This document shows, one piece after another, positions 25,626-38,090 of a stretch of DNA of 64,000 nt (position 1 is the first letter of the stretch; every line of letters begins with the position of its first letter). The stretch is from Octopus sinensis (taxonomy: Eukaryota): contig NC_043011.1 in the NCBI RefSeq assembly GCF_006345805.1, forward strand, positions 51,658,464 through 51,722,463, in the 5' to 3' direction. Position numbers and translations under genes: made by a program. The notes beneath the pieces were generated by a model. That model worked only from the letters and a program-made list of their open reading frames with translations. It ran no database searches and was not told where the DNA came from.

Positions 25626-26645
25626 GTCATCATCATCATCAATTAATGTCCATTTTCCATGCTGGATGGTTTGACAGGATCTGGCTAACTGGAGAGTTGC
25701 CTGGGCTTTATTTATCTGCTTTGGCATGGTTTTCTACAGCTGGATACCCTTCCTAATTCCAACCACTTTACAGAAAGTACTGGGTGCTTTTAATGTGGCA
25801 CCAACACACAAGTGCTTTCATATGACATTGGCACAAGTGCTTTTACGTGGCACCAGTATGGGCACTTTTATGTGGTACCAACATGGCCACTTTTACATGG
25901 CACCAGCATGGCTGCTTTTATGTGAAACTGGCATGGGCACTTTTACATAGCAGTGACATGGGTGCTTTTACATGGTACCAGCACCTATGAGCCTGCAAAA
26001 CTAAAATTTCTCAGCTGAATAGAGGAACATAGAGAGCAAGCCCGTATGTATGGATGGCCCCGATTTTATCTAGCTTGCCATATCTTCTCAAGCACAGCAA
26101 ACTGCCAGAAGTCTTGGTCCCTTGTCATTTCCTCCATGAGGTCCAACATTTGAAGAATCCATTCTCATCACTTTATCCCACATCTTTTTGGGTCTATCCA
26201 TTCCACACATTCCCTCCACAATTGGACATTGGTACTTCTTGATGCAGTTGTCTTCATCCATATGCATCACATGACCATACCAGCACAGTCTTCTCTCCTG
26301 CACATTATATCTGATACCTCATATACCCAATTTTTATCTTAAATTACTTACATTGTCATGCATGCACACTAATATTACCCATCCAGCTGAGCATGCTGGC
26401 TTCATTTCTTTCAAACCTTCACATGTCCTCAGTTATCACAGCCCATGTAGCATAGCTGTTCATATACCAGCATCATACAATCTGCCTTTCACTCTAAGGG
26501 AGAGGCTCTTTGTTATGAACAAAGGTCGTAGCTCTCTAAACTTTGCCCTGCCCATTCTTATTCTAGCAGCTACACTTTCAGACCTACCTCCTTCGCAGCT
26601 AACTTAGTTGCCTAAGTAACAGAAACTATCTACTACTTCTAAGGA
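25626..26645 (-). mobile_element. RTE-clade LINE, 5'-truncated, with 3' UTR and (GAT)n tail
   Basis: Minus strand gives LEVVDSFCYLG..VAARIRMGRAKFRELRPL..LSLRVKGRLYD and RRLCWYGHVMHMDEDNCIKK..EG..RPKKMWD, the typical RTE ORF C-terminus, with stops. The downstream part equals the family C repeat, ending in a gatgat tail at about 25626. Confidence 0.88.
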
Positions 26646-27116
26646 TTTCATTGAACATTTGAGGGGGACCCTGTACTAATTATGGTTAATTAACATCAAA
26701 TTTGAACCAAGGGAAGCAGATGTAGTTTCTAACAAACATTTAGACAAAGTACATATGATCAGCCATCTAATTAACTTAGTAGATGATGATTAGCTATCCA
26801 AGATATTACTGATGGAAACCATTGCTTACGGTGCTAACTGTAGAACTGCCAGAATATACTATGGAGGATATGAAGGCAAACATGGATGAGTGTGAAATTA
26901 ATGCCTGACAGTATTTAGTCCTAACCCCTCAGAGGTCTAAGTTTAAATATCATCTGTGCCAAATTCACCTTTCATTCTTCTAGAATTCATAAAATATGTA
27001 GCGAGGATAAACTAAGTCTATCCGAATTAAGCCATATGAATTCTCTATAAACGTGTGGCCCAGTGCCAATATATATAAAACAAATCAATATTTAGATGAT
27101 GGTGGTGGTGATTATT

Positions 27117-27839
27117 CAAGATGCTTGCAATGGGACGAAACTGTCCTGCATGCAATAATTCAGTGGCTGTGCATTAGAGAGTTGTGGGATTGTGTGGAGC
27201 AGCTGTTGTCATGAATAAGACAAATTCAGCTGTCTGCTGAGTGTTTAGTGAAGATCAGCACGTCAACTTCCCTTAACAGAGAAGAAGGGCAGATCTTTCT
27301 CTGTTTAGTGGCCGTGGCAAAAGAGGCTGTGTGGTGGCCCCATCTGAAAGGTTTGAAGACAGGTACATTCCTATCTGGTCAAGCCCTCATCAATTTCTTC
27401 AAATATCCTTTGAAGAAGGTGAAGGTAGAGAGGGAGGTGCTACTTTCTAGTGTGTTTATCAAAAGGTGGTTGACAGTGGCAAGACTTTTGAGACTGAATG
27501 GATCTACTCAGAATAAGCTTTTCTAAGCAAGAGGAAAGAAACTGGAAGAGGGCACCTTCCCATGCTTTGGAGATGGCAGAGTAATCTGGGATTCCCATGT
27601 GGGGTTTACCCCAGATTACTCTAAGTGGACACCCCTGCTATTGAGGATTCTATTTATTTATTTATTCATTATTTATCTGTTTCTCTACTTTCTATTATAT
27701 ATCCTCTGTTATATCCTTTAATGTGGTAGTGTCTCCCCTTGATTGATATTAACCCCACATGTTTTTGTAAATGTTTGTGCTGTAACTCGTCCTTGGATAT
27801 TGACCTCCATGTCTTGGGCCCTTGTGGCCAATAAAAGAA

Positions 27840-27890
<51 letters not shown>
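27117..27890 (+). mobile_element. L1/Tx1-clade LINE 3' end (ORF2 C-terminus, 3' UTR, AATAAA, (ATT)n tail)
   Basis: RCLQWDETVLHAIIQ..ELWDCVEQLLS and IFLCLVAVAKEAVWW, homologous to 1-440. aataaa at about 27830 is followed by (ATT)n. Confidence 0.82.
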
Positions 27891-27893
<3 letters not shown>

Positions 27894-27897
27894 CAAA

Positions 27898-28190
27898 ATC
27901 GAAATCGATCAACATCAATGGAAATTGTAGCTGTGATACCAGTGCCAGTGGCACGTAAGAGAACCATCCGAATGTGGCCATTGCCAGCGCCGCCCCGACT
28001 GGCCTCCATGCTGGTGGCACGTAAAAAGCACCCACTACACTCACAGAGTGGTTGGCGTTAGGAAGGGCATCCAGCTGTAGAAACATTGCCAGATCAGACT
28101 GGGCCTGGCGCAGCCTTCTGGCTTCCCAGACCCCAGTTGAACCGTCCAACCCATGCTAGCATGGAAAACGGACGTTAAACAATGATGATT
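27898..28190 (+). mobile_element. RTE 3'-end-derived repeat (family C), young copy
   Basis: gtggcacgtaaaaagcaccc..ggcgttaggaagggcatccagctgtagaaac..ggacgttaaacaatgatgat, with CpGs retained. Confidence 0.8.
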
Positions 28191-28486
28191 ATTTAGTGTG
28201 TGCTTATAAGGATTTATGTGCAGAAATATTTTAGTGTTCAGTACACAACTGAATACAGAAAAGACTCGGTGCAACTCTCAATTATATGGAGTTATTTAAT
28301 ACATATCAATATGTATTGGTAACTAGACCATTATTATAAAGTTCATATATTTGCATAAGATAGTGTACCATGACAAGTTTAAGAATACTGACATTTTTCT
28401 TGACACAGACCATCACAGGTTTCTTCGGACTTTGGTTTGTATATGAAATAAAATCTATGGCACAGTTTCACAGAGATATCATTTGT

Positions 28487-28872
28487 TACTCTTTACTCTT
28501 TTTACTCTTTTACTTGTTTCAGTCATTTGACTGTGGTCATGCTGGAGCACCAGCTGGGTCAAGCAAATCAACCCCAGGACTTATTCTTTGGAAGCCTAGA
28601 ACTTATTCTATCGGTCTCTTTTGCCGAACTGCTAAGTTAAGGGGATGTAAACACACCACCATCGGTTGTCAAGTGATGTTGTGGGGACAAACACAGACAC
28701 ACAAACATATACACACAGTATCAGTTTCCGTCTACCAAATCCACTCTCAAGGCTGTGGTCGGCCCAAGGCTATAGTAGAAGACGTTTGCCCAAGGTGCCA
28801 TGCAGTGGGAATGAACTGGGAACCACGTAGTTGGTAAGCAAGCTACTTACCACACAGCCACTCCTGCGCCTA
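28487..28872 (-). mobile_element. tRNA-head SINE family A, near full length
   Basis: Reverse complement of the 20593-20992 copy. Confidence 0.85.
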
Positions 28873-30134
28873 TAATTAGTTCATTTTCCATATGCTTTTT
28901 GACACTAATGAGAGTTAGATGAATACATGTTATTTGAGATAATGTTTTTACAGCTAGATGCCCTTTCTGTCACTAACCCCTATCTGTTTTTCACAGAGGG
29001 GAATTTTTGTTCCACTCATCTTCAAATGTACAGTACTACAAATTGATTTATTGTCAGAAAAATATCAACAATGTCAACTTCTGTAGCTCAGTGGTTATTT
29101 TGTAGAAGCACAGAATATAAACATTTGCATAGGCTGCCCACCACCATACATATATTCTGGGTTTTGTACAGTTTCTGCCAACCAAATCCACTCACAAAGC
29201 ATTGGTTGGCATAGGAAATATTTGCCTAAGGAACTCCTACGTGGTTAGTCAAATTGTTAGAAATAACAGTCAAATTTTTCTAAAATTATACTCTCCTATC
29301 TCAAAAAAATACATTGGATTATTTACATGACTTTTGGAAACAAAAAAAATTATTGCAATTGGAATATCTTGTGACCTGTGGGTCTGCTTGATCAAGGTAA
29401 GACTTGGTGTTCAATTAAAAAAACAACAAGCTGCTCAATATTTATTCCCCAATAAAATGGTGTGAATTTATTTTGTGTTATAATTCCAATATTTTTTTTA
29501 TTGTAATGCAATTATATTTCCAAGTCAATTTAATAGGGACACAAAGTATGGTTTGAGCAATCTCAAAAGTAATCTTCTTAGTATTTTAGTAAATGAAAAT
29601 ATATGTTTGCAATAGTATGCTCAAAGGAATGCAAACGACAACCTGTAGAAAAGTATATCAGCAAAGTATAGTTAGGATGTGAAGCACTACTACAATTAAA
29701 TGTAAACAGCTACACAGGTCATAAGAATGAGAAAGAGAGAGTGGGGAGAGGCGAGAGAGTGAGACAGAGGCAGAGAGAGCGAGAAGGAAACAAAAACAGA
29801 GAGAGAGAGAGAGCAAAAATATTAAGTTGCCAACTACTGTTTACTCTGATTTCATCATCATCATTGTTTTAACATCTACTTATCTAAGCTTGCATATTAT
29901 AATAAAATTTACACACACACTTATATACATATAGACAGACAGACACACATACACACGCACATATATATATATGTGCATATATGAAAATATATCTGTATAT
30001 GCTTACATATACAAGAATACTCTGAATATGCCAGTACTGTAATTTTTGCAGTTGGTAGCTTGCCATCAAAATTCAAATACTGTAGTATACTGTACACATA
30101 ACTGTTTGAAAATGCCAAAGAAAAAATGGAAAGA

Positions 30135-30640
30135 AGACAAAACCGAAGGGGAAACTAGCAGAATCTTTTCTGGTTAGCATAAGAGGTTTTGAAAATGAAC
30201 TGGAGTTCATAATTTTAGATTTTTACAGCAGGGCAAGTATGGATGGCAGTGGTGCCATCCATACCTATTGAAATGAATGATATCCTATTGAATTGAATGA
30301 TGGTAGTTACATTGAAGAACAAATTATAAATGTCAATGAAACAGGATTATTTCGGAAACAAATGCCAAATAAAATTTACATAGTGAAGAAATAAGAAGTA
30401 CAATCTGAAGTTTCCAAGCGGAAATCACTCAAGTTTATTTACACCTGGGAATGTTTGGAATAGACAACAGGAATGTCAAAGAACTGCTTCACTTGCATGA
30501 TGTAGATTTAAATCATGAAGACATTTTAAATTTAGAGCAGCAATGTGTATATGATGAAGATGATTGCTAAGACAGAAGATTTGAAGCTGAAACACAGACT
30601 AAAGGATTTTCAGGCAAAGCACTTGATGGGTTCTATTTTT
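30135..30640 (+). mobile_element. pogo/Tigger transposase relic with internal deletion
   Basis: 30299-30394 translates DGSYIEEQIINVNETGLFRKQMPNKIYIVKK, matching the Tigger-type ..EQIFNVDETGLFWK.MP.RTYI motif around the first catalytic D. It is followed by KELLHLHDVDLNHEDILNLEQ, similar to the Tigger C-terminus. Confidence 0.75.
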
Positions 30641-32144
30641 AGAATAATCAAAGATGAAAGAAACTGCTGATCTAGAGTGCATGACAAACTGTCTGCTGTA
30701 TTTAGTTATATTCAAATATATTCTGAGTTCAAATCTCACTGAGGTCAATACTGTATTTTCATCATTCCAAGTTCAATAAAATAAAGCACCAGTCAAATAC
30801 ACTAATCTAGGATGCTTTATAAGATAAAGCATCCTAGATGCCAATGGAGTAGTGCAAATCAGAAGACAAGTTGAAAACACACTCAAACTCATGATACTCA
30901 AAGAGATGAATAAAGTAAAATCAATGCAAACATCTCATTTACAATATTTAAAAAATAATAAAAACATTTCATTTTTTTTCTTCCTGATATTACTGATGCA
31001 AGTCAATAAACTCGTAAAACATAAAACTGTGTTCAATTCATTTATTTCCTTCTATTTTTATCAATTTTTCACAAACTTTTTTTATGTCTGGAATAGTGAA
31101 AGATTAAACATTTTTTCTATTTCTTTTCCTTTTTTTTTTTCTTTATCAAAGTTTAGACATCAATCAGCAATTTAACATGTATTTATATATTTTGAGTGCT
31201 GCAGTTTTAAATACCCGGGTTTTCTAGCAGAATGCATTATCTACAGTAATTAGAGTATTACTCTAGCTCAGCCTCTCTTTATGCATACACACACACACAC
31301 ACATGCACACATTCACACACATAGACACATACCCCTCCCCTTCACACATACACAAACACATGTGCACTGTTCTTTGACTCAGGTCCACATTAAAAGTTAC
31401 ACAAATGCAAAAAGTATGTTTGATCATTCAGATGTGATAACACTCAGCCAAACTGTTAATACAAATATTTAATCTCTGTGACATGTATCAAGTGCTCTTT
31501 TCTTCTTCCATGTATATCTGTATACGTATGCATATATATTGTGATAAATATTCATTCATTTTACATCCGGTTTTTTTTTGTTTTGTTTTTTTTTTCCATT
31601 TCAGCATGAGTTAGACAAAGCAGGGACAACCTTTATCAAGAAGAGAGCTGTCTGAGACATGACATATCATCAGGTGAGCCACACACCTAAGAAAAAAAAA
31701 TTCAAGGTAATTTTTTTGTCAGTTGTGCTATTCAGAAAGTTGCACAAGTTGTAGTGTCTGTCCATGACAGGGTTACACAAATCTGTTACAATGGCATTGC
31801 TGTTACAGCTGGATGCCCTTCTCAATGCTAACTCTTACCTATTTTTCAAGTAAAGGATCTCTTATTCTATGTTGCTTTAATGGCATGGAATGAGCAGTTC
31901 ATTTATTGACGGAAGAAATGTCAATAATAACACTGCATGAACTTCATGACTCACGAATAAACTCATGTAAATGTAAGCAATCATGCACATACACATATAT
32001 ATATTGTCACGAAGAAAAAAAAATTCTTGCTCAAGACTCATATCTGTGTTTGTTTACATCTGTACTTGCTATTTGAAAGGACATGCAGTGTTCTTGTTAG
32101 CATTACCCTTTTCAATAAATTGCCCACATGCTTCCTGTCTTCAA

Positions 32145-32183
<39 letters not shown>

Positions 32184-32412
32184 GAGCTTATTTTTCAATT
32201 TCTACCAACCAAATCAGAAAGCTTTTGTTGGTCTCACACCATAGGAGAAGACACTCAAGTAAAGTGTTATACAGTGGACTGAACTTGAAATCATATGGCT
32301 GAGAAGCAAACTTTTTAACTACACAGCCATGCCAGCACCTACACTTGGACTTGTTTGTGTATGTCTATCTATCAATATCTATCTATATATATAATAACAG
32401 AGATGGGCTGAG

Positions 32413-32453
32413 GTTCACTACAGCTGTTTCAGATGTGTTCCTTCTTGATGAAC
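32413..32453 (-). ncRNA. Decayed hammerhead ribozyme (core deletion)
   Basis: Minus strand: GUUCAU CAAGA AGG AACACA UCU GAA ACAGCUGU A GUGAAC. Helix I (6 bp), palindromic helix III and GUA are intact, but CUGAAGA is reduced to CAAGA. Confidence 0.5.
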
Positions 32454-32544
32454 AGAACAATTACATTATGTGACAAAACCATTTCTTCAGTAAAATTTCT
32501 AAGAGTAAAACTTAACATTTAGAATTTTTCACACAAATAGTTAG

Positions 32545-33184
32545 TAAGGTGATGAGCCAGCAGAATCATTAGAATACCAGGCAAAATGCTAAGTGGTATT
32601 CCAGCTGTCTTTACGTTCTGAGTTCAAATGCTGCTGAGGTCATCTTTGTCTTCCATTCATTCAGGGTCAATATAATAAGTGCCAGTTGAACACTCCAAAA
32701 TTGCTGGCCTTGTGCCACAATTTGAAACCATTATTATTATCATTATTACTAAGACAGTGAACTTGCAGGGCCGCTGGACAAAGTGCTTAATAGCATTTTT
32801 TCTGTCTTTACATTCTGAATTCAGATTCCACTGAGGTCAATTTTGCCTTTCACCCTTTTGCGGTCAATAAGATAAGTACAAGTTGAGCACTGAAGTCAAT
32901 GTAATCGATTATTTCCACCGTCACTGCCATCATCATAAAAGCAGCAAGCTCACAGAATCATTAGCAAGCCAAAACAAAATGATTAGTAGCATTTTTTCTA
33001 GCTTTATGTTCAGAGTTCAAATTCAATTGTGACTTTGTCTTCCCTACTTCTGGGATCAATAAAACAACTACCAGTTGAGCATTGTTGTCAATATAATCAA
33101 TACAACTACCCCGCAAAAAAATTTCAGGCCTTCTGCCTATAATTGAAAAGATTATTATTATTATTATTATATTATTATTATTAT

Positions 33185-33228
<44 letters not shown>

Positions 33229-34398
33229 AAGTGAATTGGCAGAATCAGTAGCACACTGGTCAAAATGCTTAGCAAGCATCTTGTACATCCTTATGGTTAG
33301 AGTTCAAATTCTGCCAAGGTTGGCTGTGCCTTTCATTGTTTTAGGGTCAATGAAATATGTTCCAGCTGAACACTGGCATTGATAATCCACTTGTCCCATT
33401 CCTCAAAATTGCTGGCCTTGTGTCATCATCATCGTCCTCATTATCATTATCATTATTATTCAAAGCAGTGAGCTCGAAGAATCACTAGCAATTCAGGCAA
33501 AATGCTTAGCAACATTTTGTCTGTCCTTAGTTTCCGAGTTCAAATTCTGCCAAGCTCGACTTTGCCTTTCATCCTTTCTGGATTGATAAATTAAGTACCA
33601 GTCAAGTACTGGAGTTGATGTGATTGACTATCCCCTCCCCTCAAATTTCAGGCTTGTGCCTATAGTAGAAAGGATTATTATTATTATTTTTATTATTATT
33701 ATTATTATCATCATTAAGGTGGTGAGTTGGCAGAAATGTTAGCATGCCAGGCAAAATGCATAGCAACATTTCAGCTGTTCTTATGTTCTGAGTTCAAATT
33801 CTGCTGAGGTTGACTTTGCCTGTCATCCTTTTGGAGTTGATAAATTAATTACCAGTGGAGCTCTGTGGTCAATGTAATCAACTATCCCCTACCCCAAATT
33901 TCAGGCCTTATGACAATAGTAGAAAGGATTATTATATTATTATTATTATTATTGAGTGAGAGAGCAGTGCATGCCATCAAAGTGACACTGGGGTAAAATA
34001 TACGAAGCCCAGCATACCCATCATGACTACCCGTCTGATAAGGGTACACCAGGCACATGCATCACAACCATATGTGCGCGACATGGTGATCTCATATCAA
34101 GATAAACAGCACATGACCTTGCAGGTGGGGCCCAGTTAGAATTTTCTTCAGGTCGAGTAGCCCATCCTGCTCAAAAGGTCCCTGAATAAGGGTTGCTTTA
34201 GGACGTTGAACGAAACACCCATGTTTCCAGAGGTGAATTATTCAAACTCCAAAGAATCCCTCTCAACACATGGCTATGATGCTCCCCCACTACTTCTGCT
34301 CGTGATCAGAGATGCACGTATTGTCAGCCACTAAGGGACATGCTCAACTGGTTAAGGTCAAACAACTGACAAGCAAATCTGTGGTATTGAGCAGAATA

Positions 34399-34441
<43 letters not shown>

Positions 34442-34670
34442 GATCGTGAGCTGGCAGAATTGTTAGCATGCCGAGCGAAAAGCTTAGTGGTATTTTATCT
34501 GTTTCCACAATCTGAATGCAAATACTGCCAGGATTAACTTTGCCTTTCATCCTTTCAGAGTTGATAAATTAAGTACCAGTTGCATACTGAGGTCGATCTA
34601 ATCGACAGGCCCCCACCTCCCCCTAAATTTCTGGCCTTTTGCCTATAGTAGAAAGGATTATTATTATTAT
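32545..34670. mobile_element. Cluster of ~7 SINE family B copies separated by (ATT)n tracts
   Basis: Head ggtgagctggcagaa recurs at about 32550, 32755, 33230, 33465, 33720 and 34445 on +, with one inverted copy at about 32945-33140. Each is followed or preceded by (ATT)n. Confidence 0.85.
33953..34400. mobile_element. Unclassified ~450-bp GC-richer insertion between two (ATT)n tracts
   Basis: Sharp compositional boundaries and retained CpGs. Recalled as a common octopus repeat (not verified). Single copy in this window. Confidence 0.55.
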
Positions 34671-35139
34671 TCACTTTGTGGTAAATTCTTCGTGGGTAAT
34701 TTAGATTGTCATGCAATTTCCTTGACAACCAAAATACATCTTTGGTAAATCTGTCGTGCCAAATATTCATTGTTGCTTAATCCATCGGCATGCTTTTTAT
34801 TTGCAAAATAAGTATACATCACTAAATATTTATAGAAAGACATAATATTCCATCCTTCGATTTGGAAATTTTTTAGCAATCCAAGAAAAAGCACTAGTCA
34901 AGAAATGAAGAAATAATTGAACAGTATATCACCAGTGCAGAAATGCTTCATCATTCATTTGCAAAAAGAAGTATAAAAACATCAAATGAATATCAAAACC
35001 ATAAAATAATGGAATAGTTGAGAAACATTGCTCATTATTAAGATGTTTCTTTCTTCCTCCAATTTAAAATAGTGTTATCTTTTAACTGTATTATTTCTTT
35101 TTTTAAGTCTACTTTTTAAAAGTAACTTTGATTTGTTTT

Positions 35140-35317
35140 TCATATATATATGTGTGTGTGTGTGTATATATATATATATGTATGTGTATATATATATGCA
35201 TGTGTATATATATATATATATATATGCATGTGTATATATATATATATATATGTATGTGTATATATATATATATATGTATGTGTATATATATGTATATATG
35301 TATGTATGTGTATATAT

Positions 35318-35349
<32 letters not shown>

Positions 35350-35399
35350 ATATATATGATATATGTATGTATGGTATATATGTATATGTATATGTATAT

Positions 35400-35431
<32 letters not shown>

Positions 35432-35455
35432 ATATATATATGTATGTATGATGTG

Positions 35456-35529
<74 letters not shown>

Positions 35530-35590
35530 ATATATATATGTGTGTGTGTATATATATATAATATATTATATATATATATATACAGAGTGA
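35140..35590. repeat. Compound (TA)n/(TG)n microsatellite
   Basis: Direct inspection. Confidence 0.97.
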
Positions 35591-36086
35591 GAGAGAGAGG
35601 GAGAGAAAGAGAGAGAAATATATATTTATATATTTGTAAATATATCATCATATACACCATCATTTATGTATACACATGCACATATACATATATACACACA
35701 TGCATACACATATATACATAAGAGTATATGTATATATATATATATATATTTACATATGCACACATGTATATACATATATATAAATACATACACACACATA
35801 TTTATGTCTAGTTTTGAGTGAATTTTAATATTAATAATGTTTGTTTTCAGATGTTCTTTTATATTGTTAATGAAATGCGATGTATTTACTCTGCAAATAA
35901 AAACTTTTGATGTTTATTGATGTAATTACTCTGCAGGTTTAAAACATGCCAATGAATTTAGTGACGATGTATTGGCATGCACTTGATACACGCACATGGA
36001 AACACACACACATGTATTTATGTATAAATATACATACATATAGATAGATAGATAAACAAACAGATAGACTGAGAGATAGATAGATA

Positions 36087-36122
<36 letters not shown>

Positions 36123-36480
36123 TGATATATATGCAGGTGTAGTAAAGAAGCTCATTGTGAAACCACATGGCTCTGGGTTCAATTGCACAATATGACATCT
36201 TGGACAAGCTGCTTCTACAATAAACTTATGTTGGCTAAAACCTTGTGAATGAAATTAATAGCTGGAAACCATACGGAAGCTACATGCACGCATGTGTGTG
36301 TTGTGTGTGTGTGTGTGTGTGTGTGTGCATGTGTTATATAGAAGACAGAAAAAACAACAAACTCCTTATTTCATTTCCTACATATGTTTATGCTATTTCA
36401 ATGGTAATGCTTTCTGTGTATATATATATATATATAGAAATGTAAATGCTTTCCCAAATAAAATTGCACTTCATCATTGA

Positions 36481-36561
36481 ACCTCTGATGAAGCTATAAA
36501 GTGATATGCAAGCACACAAAAATGAGTGCATTGTATCTTATAGTAGAAACAGTTGTAAGCT
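36481..36561 (+). ncRNA. Type I hammerhead ribozyme, long helix II
   Basis: ACCU CUGAUGA A GCUAUAA..UUAUAGU A GAAA C AGUU GUA AGCU. Canonical core. Helix I is weak (one C-C mismatch). Cleavage after 36557. Confidence 0.7.
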
Positions 36562-36858
36562 AATGAATTTCATGACATAATTTCTGATTCCCTTGTCAAT
36601 TATTTAATATCTTACATGCATATATATTTATATACACAAACACACATATATCTATCTATCTGTCTACAGATAGATAGATAGATAGAGAGATAGCTAGGTA
36701 GATAGATAAATAGAAAAATAGATAGATAGATAGATAAACAGATAGATAGAGATATATGTATGTGTGTATGTTTATGTATATAAATATATATACATATGTC
36801 ACTACACAAATGTATTTCCTGAACTTTTTTTCCTTCTCTAGGCCTTTACTTTCTTCTC

Positions 36859-36891
36859 TTTCTGACAAAGAGTTATGCTCGAAACATTAAA
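36859..36891 (+). ncRNA. CpG-decayed short hammerhead motif
   Basis: UUU CUGACAA A GAGU UAU GCUC GAAAC AUU AAA. Consistent with ancestral CUGACGA..GAAACGUU. Same family as 51586. Confidence 0.55.
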
Positions 36892-37152
36892 AACCTACTT
36901 TTTTTTTCACCTTTATTGCGCATGAAGCTAATACATTCTATGTGTACATCTTTTTCTTGTTTAGTTATTTGTTATTTTTAATGTCACTAAAGCTTACTAG
37001 TTTTTCAAGTAAGGGATTTTTTTTATTCCACTTCTTGCTTATAGTGCAGAGCTTTGGAATAATTTGTTAGCAGGGAATGCTAACAACCATAACTAATTTT
37101 TGCTTAATACTTTTCAAGAAAAGATGCAGATTATAAGTGCACAAAGATATAT

Positions 37153-37184
<32 letters not shown>

Positions 37185-37211
37185 GATATATATATATATG
37201 CATGCATGCAT

Positions 37212-37249
<38 letters not shown>

Positions 37250-37519
37250 GAAGAGCTTCCATACTACAATTTCAAAGTACCATTTTCACTCACAAGGCAC
37301 TGATCAGCCTGAGGCAACAGTTGAATGCACTTGTTCAGGATGACATGTGATGACATAGAAATTGAGAACATGTGGTAATATTATTATGCCCTCAGTCATA
37401 TAGCATAATGGTTAAGAGCACATGCTACTTTTTTGTTGGCAAAAATGTAACAAACACCGACATCATACTTTGGCCTCTCCTGGTTCCTTTCTCTCATTGA
37501 TACACTCATGTACCAAATT

Positions 37520-37760
37520 TCCTAAGATGGGTTCATCATAAGTTGCTTATGCTATACCCTCTGCAATGCTATACTTACTAACTGGCACTTTACATATAAA
37601 CTTTCATCTCTGTAACACGGACCATACCATCAAACCCACCACTGAAGTTCTATGGAAACATAATGTGAACTACTGCCTAAAATTACACTTCCTGAAAAAA
37701 CTCCTCCTGAGAACGACTATATTCACCTCTCCACCGCTGGATGAAATAACATGGATCTTA
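37520..37760 (+). mobile_element. Possible decayed Penelope GIY-YIG region upstream of the 37956 HHR
   Basis: ISCLCYTLC, then after a frameshift MLYLLTG, loosely resembles IYCI.C..C..LYIGETG. Weak. Confidence 0.3.
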
Positions 37761-37955
37761 TAATACATCATGGGAAGTCTGTATCTTATTTCCCCTTGCT
37801 ATGCCCAAATCATTATACTATGATGTACTTCACTTGTATTCTCATGCTTGTTTTAATTCTTCCTATTATTCTTTTTCTACTCTATTTTAAAAAGACAAAC
37901 ACACTGTAGTTATTATTAACTGACTTTTATATGTCTTAGGCCCCCACCCCAACAC

Positions 37956-38090
37956 TTAGATCCTCTGAAGAAACCTAGGGGCACATTCATTATCCAAGCC
38001 TTATCTGCTCATCCCTGCATAACACTGAAGAGATGGAGATAACCTGGAAGTTTTCGTTGCCTCTTGGCAGAAACGGCTGTAAGGAACTAG
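37956..38090 (+). ncRNA. Type I hammerhead ribozyme, ~95-nt helix II domain
   Basis: Helix I UUAGAUCCU/AGGAACUAG (8 of 9 pairs); CUGAAGA at 37965-37971; helix II CCUAGGGGCA/UGCCUCUUGG (9 of 10); GAAA C GGCU GUA with self-complementary ACGGCUGU. Cleavage after 38081. Confidence 0.78.
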
